Source: Eledone cirrhosa
Taxonomy: Eukaryota
Assembly: GCA_964016885.1 (NCBI GenBank)
Contig: OZ024740.1
Location: forward strand, 208,692,001 to 208,756,000
DNA: 64,000 nt
Direction: 5' to 3'
Shown one piece after another: positions 24,816-34,861 of this stretch; position 1 is the first letter of the stretch; each line of letters begins with the position of its first letter. The notes beneath the pieces were generated by a model, which was not told where the DNA came from, ran no database searches, and worked only from the letters and a program-made list of their open reading frames with translations. The position numbers were made by a program, and so were the translations under genes.

Positions 24816-25006
24816 CACAGCAAAAATCACTTAGCACACATCGTAAATGTGCTTGGCGTTTGGAAGGGCATCCAGCTGTAGAAAACCAGCCAGAAACAGT
24901 CCTATATGAATAAGACACAGTCACCTGACCCAACTTGCCTCTAATGGCACAAACCCGTCTAACCCATGCTAGCGTGGAAAGTAGACGTTAAATGAGGATG
25001 ATGTTG
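24815..25006 (+). mobile_element. SINE family B body and tail
   Basis: ttggcgtttggaagggcatccagctgtagaaaacc...acccatgctagcgtggaaagtagacgttaaatga. Confidence 0.8.
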
Positions 25007-25294
25007 ATATATATATGTATATGGAACTCTCTCTCTCCCCTTCGCCTATCTGAACTCTTGACTAGTCCATTAACATAATTAAGATATACACACACATATT
25101 TACAGAATATTTCCTTTGTCCCTAAAAACAATTTTGTTCTGTGAAGAAACACAACTCCCAACACTGCTGCTGCTACTATGATGACTACACACCTCTCTCT
25201 TTATACAGAAGAGTTCATTTTCCAGTCTCCTTCTCAACAAGGAAGATGAATAACTTACCTTTGTAACATCAACACTAACACCAACACCAATAAC

Positions 25295-26215
25295 ATGAAA
25301 AATATAAACAACACCAACCAGAACAACAACAACAACAACAACAATAACGACAACAAGAACAACAAAAACAACAGCAACAATGATAACAACAACACCACCA
25401 ACAACAACAGCAACACGAACAGCTCCACAAACAAGGAAAAGATTTCCTTTGCTCAAACCGTCTCAAACCTTGACATTTCCAATGCTAGGGAAATGTTAAG
25501 TGATGCAAAACAGTATGTAACTTTTGGTGAGAGTGGTACTTTCAGCATCACTTCTCAACAGTTACGTAGAGAAACTGTTCTAAAAACAGTAATTTTTAGG
25601 ACAGTTTCAAATATGTCGAAAAAACCAGTTCAATTATCCCAAAACGACATTGAACTGGTTCTGAAGAATTCCATGAAGGATATTGCCTTCATCCAAAAAG
25701 GTAAATTTTTTGGAAGCATTTCGGTGTTGTTGAAGACCAATTGACGGCACAAAAATATTCTGTGTCGCCGATTGTGTCCCCTCTCTTTACACCTTTTTCC
25801 CCACATATATGGGAAAAAGGACACAGAAAATAAAAATTTCGAACATTGCACCAAATGTAAACGTCTGGTGAATTTTAACTGGCTTCATCAATTTCGATGA
25901 AGACACCATCATTTCGGTGGGAAAGTCCTCCAGAGGCACATCCAATGGTATAAGCCTGGAAGTTCTGGTCCAAATGAGGCCAGAACGGATAGCTAAAATA
26001 CCCCAACGTGTGCCTCTGGATGGGATTTCACACATAAACATTTCTGTTGAGAGTAGGCGGCCTTCATGTTACCACTGTTTAAGCAGTGGTCACCTGAGGG
26101 CTTACTGTCCTCAGCTAACTACGAAAAAAAATGAGGCACTACTGCCAACACCCAAAACACCACCACCACCACCACCACCACCACCACCACCACCACCACC
26201 ACCACCACCACCACC

Positions 26216-26248
<33 letters not shown>

Positions 26249-27056
26249 GCAACAACAACAACAACAACACGCAAACAACCAAAACAAGAACAACAAACCA
26301 GCCTGCAAGCACAGTCCCACCCAACCCCACTCCACCTAAAACCACTGCAAAAACACCCACAAATACAACAGCTCCCCAAAACATACCCCTTCCAAACAAC
26401 ACAGACACCACAACCGACGAAGCCCCCTCATCATCACCAAGTGACGATGAGGGAGAGCCTCTCCGTTCGAAAAGAAAGAAGAAAAGACACCACAAGAACA
26501 AAAAAGCAACAAACATCACTACAAACATACAACCACCAACACAAACAACACAAACATTACAAACAAACCCCCCCCCCCCGTCCCGAAAACAAAACCACGA
26601 CATCACTCCAAACACCTACAACAAAACGAAAGCTCACACAAGAACAACAGACAAAAACCACCGCAACACAACAAGAACATTACACATACATAAACAGTAA
26701 AAACAAAACTTTAATGGAGGTCATCTCCAACGACCCTTCGGTGAAAACCGAAGGGAAAACTTTTTCGAACTGTGTAGACAAACCTAATTTAAAGATGATT
26801 AGGGTCCCTACGGACACCTATAAGTCTTTAAAGGAAAACTTTCCTAAGGACGTAGGTAATCCTTGTGTTAAACCCATTAACCGCGTTCTTTTGAAACGTT
26901 TCCCCACTCTCACCCCAGACACCCCCACCCCACCAGACACCCCTCCCCACCAAACATCTCCGTCCCCACCCCGCCGGAAACCACCACCCACCCAGACAAC
27001 CCTCTAACACCCCCATGGAAATCGTGCAGCCTGGTCCTCAGGAGACGAAGAGGTGA
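25295..27056 (+). pseudogene. Tx1 ORF1 (gag-like) with frameshifts
   Basis: Asn-rich N-terminus then SFAQTV; CX2CX4HX4C knuckle CYHCLSSGHLRAYC at 26067-26108; poly-Pro/Gln and a basic KRKKKR segment. Confidence 0.75.
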
Positions 27057-27093
27057 GTGTTTTCTTTTCCTCTTTTAACTTTTCAGCACCAAC

Positions 27094-30000
27094 ATGGCCA
27101 ATATAAGAGTTGGATGTGTGAATGTACGCGGCCTGGGGATGCCCTGGAAACAGGGCAAACTCTTAAATGACTTCAGGTCGCACAGTATGGATGTAGTAGC
27201 CATTTGCGAGTCCAGGATCCACAGCGAGCGACAGCTGGCCCCCATCTTCGATGACTTTGAGATCTACGCATCTCTCTGTCAGCCTGGAGGTGGGGGCGGG
27301 GTTGCCATTTTGCTGCGGAAACACCTGGGCCTCGTAACACAGACGGTACATCTGGACCCGGAGGGTCGACTGGTGGTCCTAGATGTTGACGGTAGTGAAG
27401 GTGGAGCCTTCAGGCTGATAGCCGCATATGCCCCATCCTGGACACCACGGCCAGACTTCTTCAAACGTCTAGAGACTTTTCTGGGAAGGTCCCGCTCCTT
27501 GCTTTTAGTGGGGGACTGGAATAGAATCCTAGATGCACGTTGGGACTATGTGGGAGCATGTCCAGATAAAGGGGGTGTAACAGCCTCAAACAGTTACTCG
27601 GCCGATTTGACCTGGCCGATAGATATCGACTAGACTTTCCGACTGTGCCACTGTGGACGTGGACTAATCTCAGCAGAACATCTAGTTCGTACCTAGATAG
27701 GGTTCTAGTTAGAAATAAGGATAGGGACATGTTAAGCTGTCTACAAATGTTCATGGTTGCCTATTCAGATCACAAACTAGTGATCTGCATGGTCAACCTT
27801 GATAGAACCCATAGACAAGGACCCGGCTACTGGAAGCTGAACTTGTCGTTACCGACATGCACAGTCTACAGTAGACGGATTAGCACTTTAGTTAAACAGC
27901 ACTTGACAGGGGCCATTGTCAACAACAGATGGTGGTACTCTCTCAAGAGGGCAGTTAGATTAGACTCGTTAGTTTTTAGTAAAGAATTAGCATTAGATAG
28001 AAATAGGACCGAGAAGGAACTGGTAGATAAAGTAGAAGAGGAAACTAGAAGTGGCAATGTAGCCAGCGTGCTAGCAACGAGAACGGCCTTGGATCAGTTC
28101 TTCGACGCAAAGCACGTAGGGCTGCGTTGTCAGAAGCAAAATACGTGCTCTGGGAAACGAGGGAGCCAAAGCTGTTAGCTGGGCCCGAGTGACGGAGGCA
28201 AAAAGTGGCAACAAGTCCACAATTTGGTCTTTGAAGGACCAAGACGGACGCGTGATACGTGAGCCGAAGCAGATATGTGCGGCCTTTCAGCGGCACTTTG
28301 GTCAACTGTTCGGGAAGGGCGGCGCGCCGGGAGGGGCTATGGATTTCGGTCCATACCTCGAAGGCCTACCGCGACTCTCGGACAGCGAAGCGAAGTTCTG
28401 TGAAAAGCCGATTTCAGCTGCTGAGATAGGCACGCGCTGAGCCAATGCAGCAAACGCAAATTTCCAGGTCTCGACGGTCTACCCTACGAATTTTACGTAG
28501 CAATGCCGGACTTATTCTCCGGTCTCCTGGAAGCGGTCTACTGCAACTGGCAGCAGAACGGGAGAATTCCCAGTTCTGTGACCGGGGGCGTAGTCACACT
28601 AGTCAGAAAGTACGAGAATAAGGGGGATGACATAGGCAACTTCCGGCCCATAACACTGCTAAACACAGAATTACAGATTTTGGCCAAGATGTTGGAAAAG
28701 AGGCTGGCGCTTGTCGTCGAGAACCTGGTGGGAGAAGCGCAGACATGCGCAATCCCGACCAGGTCCATACACGACAACCTCCACCTCATGCGATACATCA
28801 TAGAGAGGGTAGGGTGTAAACCCGGCTTCGGTGGGGCCATGATCAACTTGGATCAGTCTAAGGTGCTCGAGGCGGCAGGCTTCGGACCCGTGTTCAGGGG
28901 CTGGATTGCTGCAATGCACAACAGCAACATCTGCTCAAGGGTCAAGGTGAACGGCTACCTCTCGGAGTCGTTCCATATCACGCGATCCATTCGACATGAA
29001 TGCCCTCTCTCCTCCCTTCTGTACGTACTGACTCTCGAGCCACTACTGCGGAAGTTGGAGCTATTTCAGGGCATCCCTCTGGAACCGGGACTGCGGAAAG
29101 CGGCATCGGCCTACGCCGACGACGTGACAGTAATGGTGTCGAGCACCTCGCAAATCGAAGAAGTCGGCACCTTACTGAAGGAATACGAAAGGTTCACAGG
29201 AGCGAAGCTGAACCGGGACAAGTCCATCGGTTTGCAACTCGGATCCTGGAGAGGCACACCGATGCCTTCCAATGGCGTCGTCGGACGCTGGATGGAAGGA
29301 CCCGTAAAGCTGCTCGGGGTCTGGTTTGGTCCGGACCTCCAGGTGGAGAAGAACTGGAACGAGGTGACGGCCAAGGTGTTTGCACTCACCCAGAAGTAGG
29401 CCGAGTGCAAACTATCCTTGAAAGGTCGAGCGGAGGTGGCGAACACTTTTATAGCGTCCGCCATCTACTACCGCTTGACCGGCATGCCTTGTCCAGCCAA
29501 AACGCTCACCAAAATGGAGCGCGCGCTCTTCCAATTCCTTTGGAAGAGGCGGGCTCCTTTAGTGAGAAGATCCATCTGCTGCCAACATCCTTCCAACAGA
29601 GGGCTGGGGATGCCGTGGCTGACGATGCATAAACACGCGCTAGAGGCTGCGGCATCTCTACGTATTCCTCACCCGACAACCGGTGTGGGCTCCGTTCGTG
29701 AGGCGAGCCTTCCCACGACTCGTCTCGCTGACCGAGCTGCAGTCCTGGGTCAAGCAGAGACCGAGGAAAATGTGCGACTGGCACATCGAATGTGCTCAGG
29801 CGCTCACAGCCCTCTGGCAGGCGGACCCGGCGATCAGTGGAGACTCCACTTCGTCATTCTAGAGGGTTGATCCGCAGCAAGTGCGACGACGCGCTCGGTG
29901 AAACTCTAGGCGTAGACGAAGACGAACTGGCCAGTCTGTTCGGTAGGACCTTCCGCCCGGGACCGATGGACAACTTCCAAAAGTCGCTGGCCTGGCAGTG

Positions 30001-30492
30001 CTACCGAGGCGCTCTACCAGTTCGAGACAAGCTCTACAGACATGGGCGCCCGGGCAGGGACCCTTCGAAAAAGATCTGTCCGAGGTGCGTGCGAGACGAA
30101 GAAACTGTCTCGCACGCATTCATACACTGCGCGGGCGTTACCGACCTGGGGACTATGTAGAACGACTATTGTCGCGGGTGGGACCAATCCGGTTGACCAC
30201 CGAGTCCATTGTCATGATCAAACCGCCACCCTCCTTCAAAAACGAAGGAGAGGCGGTTTTCCTTTGTGTGATAGCTATGGCGAAAGAGGTTGTATGGTGG
30301 ACAAGGTTGAAAGCGCTGAGGTCAGACACCTTTCTCTCCGGCCAACAACTGATTCTTTTTTTCAAATACCACTTTAGAAGAATAATCAGGAATGAGAGAG
30401 AGGTGCTGTACCCAAGCAAGTTTTATGAAAGGTGGGTGAAAGTGGCGAGAATGGCCCGGTGAATGGGCCTTCTTTCTATATCAGCCTGTAGG
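27094..30492 (+). pseudogene. Tx1 ORF2 (endonuclease / reverse transcriptase) with frameshifts
   Basis: NVRGL, VGDWN, LDRVL, YSDH, GYWKLN, NFRPITLLN, CPLSSLLY, AYADDV, CPRC...HAFIHC; the AFDRV motif is deleted after DQSK. Confidence 0.93.
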
Positions 30493-30750
30493 TTGAGGAA
30501 AAGGAGGAGAGGAAAGGAGTACAAACTCTTCGTACTCCTGGAGATGAGGGTTGCACATTTTTTCGGGGGTATGTGTTACCCATATGAACTGTCTCCCCCT
30601 ATTGGGGAAAATCGACTAATTTTTTAAATTGCATTTGTGATAATATTTTACACGTTTTTATTGTATGTAAACTTCCCCCTTTGTATTTGTCCCCTTCTTT
30701 TGTACCCCTGTGGCTAATAAAGAAACATATCTATATATCTATCTATCTAT

Positions 30751-31221
30751 AGGTCAGACACCTTTCTCTCCGGCGAACAGCTGATTCGTTTTTTCAAATA
30801 TCATTTTGGAAGAAGAATCAGGATGGAGAGAGAGAAGAATCAGGATGGAGAGAGAGAAGAATCAGGATGGAGAGAGAGATGCTGTACCCCAGCAAATTTT
30901 ATAAAAGGTGGGTGAATGTGACAAAGATGGCCCGAGTGGTTGCGCCTTCAACCTATATAAGCCTGTAGGTTGAGGAAAAAGAGGAAGAGAGGAAGGAAGT
31001 ACTCACTCTTGGTGCTCCTGGAGATGAGGGTTGTACATTTTTTCGGGGTGTGTACAACGCCTGTGTAACGCCTCCCCCCTATTGGGGATTTCAATTGTTA
31101 TTTGTTATTTTATTAATAGTTTTATTTTCATATACCTGTATGTAAACTCCCCATTTGTATTTGTCCCCTTCTTTTGTGCCCTTGTGGCTAATAAAGAAAT
31201 TTATCTATCTATCTATCTATA
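30751..31221 (+). mobile_element. 5'-truncated Tx1 copy directly abutting the previous tail
   Basis: Matches 22760-23060; 22-bp triplication agaagaatcaggatggagagag; aataaa and (tatc)n tail. Confidence 0.92.
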
Positions 31222-31294
31222 GTAATTTGTAAAATAAACAAAATTGTATCCCTTATATCTGATCCTTATTCTAGATGTGGAAGACGGGACCTTT

Positions 31295-31325
<31 letters not shown>

Positions 31326-31329
<4 letters not shown>

Positions 31330-31634
31330 TTCGTATTTCTAAAGAAACACGGTTTTAGGAAGCCGTAGCTATGCAAACGCCCTCTGGTGGTGTCCAGCAG
31401 AAGCAAGGGGGACAACCGTCTATGCATTTCAGGCTTGACTGGCCTTCATCAGGACGGTCCCTCCCACCGCTTGCGACTGCTGGACTTGAAAACAGTCGAG
31501 AATATATAGTTTTCTCGTTTGTGTAAATGAGGTGATTAATCTCATTTGCATATAAAGCTGCATAAGTTGGCTCAACTTATAACAGAATAGAAATAGGAAT
31601 TTGCTTCAAGCTAAAGAAACACGGTTTTAGGAAG
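31326..31634 (-). mobile_element. Retrozyme-like / Penelope pLTR-like non-autonomous element
   Basis: 24-bp direct repeats at 31339-31362 and 31611-31634 (272-bp period), internal hammerhead, (TA)n on both flanks. Confidence 0.75.
31415..31458 (-). ncRNA. Intact minimal type I hammerhead ribozyme
   Basis: accgtc-CTGATGA-aggc cagtcaa gcct-GAAA-tgca-TA|gacggt: 6-bp stem I, 4-bp stem II, palindromic loop III, perfect core. Confidence 0.9.
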
Positions 31635-31661
31635 TATATGTATATACAAGTATATATATAA

Positions 31662-31718
<57 letters not shown>

Positions 31719-31722
<4 letters not shown>

Positions 31723-32220
31723 TATGTATACGTACATACATATATGTATACAGACGTACAGTAGTACGTATATACATACATACATGCACACATATATATA
31801 AGTACGTATTGGTTTACCGAACATTTATTATAATGTTCGGTTTGTTTGTAAACAAACAGCCCGAATTAAGTCGTACAGTGTTCGCCAACCATCGTTGCCC
31901 TTTTGCTCAGCCGTTAATATACATAAGGAAAGTATATACTTTCAAACGTTCAATCGAATGACAGGAAGGTATACGGTGCTGATGACAGCTAATAAGCTAG
32001 AAACTAGTTCATCGTTCCTTTGTAAGTGTTGAACAAAAGGGCAACGATGGTTGCCGAACACTGTACGGCTTAATTCGGGCTGTTTATTTACAAACAAACC
32101 GAACATTATAATAAATGTTCGGTAAACCCATACGTACATATATATATGTGTGCATGTATGTATGTATATACATACTACTGTACGTCTGCATACATATATG
32201 TATGTACGTATACATACTTA
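31719..32220. repeat. Inverted repeat, ~190-bp arms with ~120-bp spacer
   Basis: 31719-31909 mirrors 32030-32220; the spacer recurs as a direct copy at 32330-32453. Confidence 0.92.
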
Positions 32221-32940
32221 TATTTAAGTATCAGCCGTACGAAGAGTGAGAAATGAAATTTCATTTTTTCCATTTATCGTTTTCGGTACGCGCGGCCGAC
32301 TAACTCACTCGATATGCAAATTAGGCTATTCAGCCGTTAATATGCTTAAGGAAAGTATATACTTTCAAACGTTCAATCGATTGACAGGAAGGTATACGGT
32401 GCTGGTGACAGCTAATAAGCGAAAAACTAGTTCATCGTCCCTTTGTCAGTGTTTTTCTACGTTTATAAATCATTCTAGCAATTTCCTTTATTTACTTGTT
32501 GATATTAAATAATAATTAAATAGTATACCCCACATATATTGATTTTTAATAGAAATTTTAAATTTTGACATAGATAGACTATTTTTTTATTTTTTATTTT
32601 ATTTTATTTTAAAAACCTTTTTTTATACTTATTTTAATTTAATTTTTTTTATTAATACATTTTTACACTTCTTAATCCAATTTTTAGTATTTAGACCCAA
32701 TATAAAATAATATACCCAGTTTCTATATTTTAGACCTCTAATATTTGAATAGCACCTATAATATTCGCGCATACACCTCATCAATTTACTTTTTAACCGT
32801 TATTTACAGCTCGTTTCATTTAGACAGCGTTCCTGATCAAAAGTCTCTCTCTCTCTCTTTCTCTTTCTCTCTCTTTCTTTTTTCCTTTTTTCCTCTCCCC
32901 CTTTCTTTTTCCTTTTTGTGTGTGTGCATGTGTGCATATG

Positions 32941-33011
<71 letters not shown>

Positions 33012-33044
33012 AAGAAATTAAAAGATGGTTAAAAAAGTTCCATA

Positions 33045-33114
33045 TATTTTATTATGCGCATTTCGAAAACAACATCATCCTGGGACAAAAATTGTGTTCT
33101 TATCAGATAAAATA
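33045..33114 (-). ncRNA. Type I hammerhead motif with a G8A core mutation
   Basis: tattttat-CTGATAA-gaacac...gttttc-GAAA-t gcgc a-TA|ataaaata; the mirror arm at 33222-33276 has CTGATGA but is cut after GAAAT. Confidence 0.65.
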
Positions 33115-33276
33115 AGGTAACATGATATGAAGCATAATAGCACTTGTTTACAGGAAAGTGCTAAGTCTACATATGACAGAACTCTTATATTTCTGTCATA
33201 TGTAGACTTAGCATGTTACCTTATTTTATCTGATGAGAACACAATTTTTGTCCCAGGATGATGTTGTTTTCGAAAT
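33060..33276. repeat. Nested fold-back inverted repeat
   Basis: Outer arms 33060-33124 / 33212-33276; inner arms 33159-33181 / 33191-33213. Confidence 0.92.
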
Positions 33277-33864
33277 ATATACATATACATACAAATGCTC
33301 ACATGCACACACACACACATATATATACATAAAATATACATAAAAATATATGTGTTAGGTGATTCCGAAGAGAAAGCAAAGGAAAAAAACCAAGTGCTCT
33401 ATGTATAGAACAGAGCATTAAAAATATATAAATATAAATATATAAATATATTTTGTTGTTGAAAGAATGTGATAAGGGCAAAGGAAAAACGAGTGCTCTA
33501 TGTATAGAACAGAGCTGTATAAATATTTTGTTGTTGAAAGTATGTGATAAAGGCCCAGGGTGGTAAAATAAGAGAGAATGTTCAGGAAGAGATGAAGTCA
33601 AAAAGTGAATAATATGTAACATAAGTATAAAATAAAGTAAAATAAAATAAGTGTTGAATATGTAAAGTAAGAGAGATTGTTCAAGATAAAAGCAAGGGAA
33701 AAGAAGAAATGAATAAATTAAGTGTAATATAAAATAAGGGCTTAATATAAGTGTTGAATGTGTGATAAAGGTCCATAGTGTTTAAAGTAAGAGAGAGTGT
33801 GCAAGGTGTATGTATACACACGTCAATCTTTCAAAATGCATTAAAATAAATTCTGTTTTATATG

Positions 33865-34245
33865 CATTGAGGGTTGAACGCCATGCTTTCTAGTATAGTT
33901 ACGTCCCTTTACAGTCTGAGTTCAAATCCCGCCGAGGTTAACTTTGCCTTTCATCCTTACGGGGTCGATAAAATAAAGTACCAGTAATGTACTGGTTAAT
34001 TGCTGGCCTTGTGGCTAAAGTAGAAACAATTATTTAAATTATTGCAGTGCGGTGGATTGGCAGTATCAGTAGAGCGTCAGACACCATTATTTGCAGCATA
34101 GAGTTATGGCCCTTTACGTTATGACTTCAAATCCCGCCGAGGTTAACTCTACCCTTCATCCTTATGGGATCGATAAAATAAAGCACCAGTAATGCACTGG
34201 GGTAATTGCTGACCATGTGCCAGAAGTAGAAACATTTATTTAAAT
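33865..34245 (+). mobile_element. Two tandem SINE family A copies
   Basis: ttcaaatcccgccgaggttaact...catcctta.ggg.tcgataaaataaag.accagtaatg occurs twice. Confidence 0.85.
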
Positions 34246-34319
34246 TATGTAAACATTTTTGGGTGTTTATATACAATTGAATAATGTCTGTAGATCATTT
34301 ATTTGGGTGAACGGCTGTG

Positions 34320-34385
34320 CATTCTAATAAATATTGCCTGTACAGGTAATCAAAGTGTGTATACATTATTTTGGGACACCCTGTA
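34320..34385. mobile_element. Tc1/mariner MITE right end
   Basis: attctaataaatattgcctgt...ttttgggacaccctg-TA, matching 3297-3361. Confidence 0.7.
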
Positions 34386-34398
34386 TATATATATATAG

Positions 34399-34660
34399 CC
34401 ACTACTGTATACAGTAGGAACCGTTCTAAAACTGTCCTCTCTTGTCAGGCGCAAGGTCAGATTTAAAGAAAAATTGTTGCTATATGAAAGAATGGTCATC
34501 GTGAAGAGTTCCTTTCAAAGGTTATGCCTCTCGTTTTTGAACGGAACTCTTCACAAACTATAACGTTTTTTGGTAGAACAACGGTTTTTCTTCAAATCTT
34601 TCCTTGAACCTGAGGAATGAGATCAGTTTTAGAACGGTTCCTCTACTATACAGTGGCGGC
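34399..34660. mobile_element. Palindromic MITE
   Basis: ggaaccgttctaaaactg / cagttttagaacggttcc termini and central gtgaagagttcc...ggaactcttcac hairpin. Confidence 0.75.
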
Positions 34661-34861
34661 CATAACTGTATAGTAGAGGAATCATGTATAAAATTGTATA
34701 ACATTTGATATAAACTAAATAACCTCTCTTGTGCTAGATTGACCATTGTTTTCCTCGGGTATTTATCTACAAATATTCTACATACATACATGCGCACACA
34801 CTAGCACACACAGGCACACACTGGCACACACAGGCACACACAGGCACACACATCCACATAC

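Larger units (their letters stand above)
25100..30750 (+). mobile_element. Near full-length Tx1-clade L1 retrotransposon, inactive (5' boundary approximate)
   Basis: ORF1 with zinc knuckle, ORF2 with APE-RT-CCHC, 3' UTR, aataaa and a (tatc)n tail. Confidence 0.93.
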
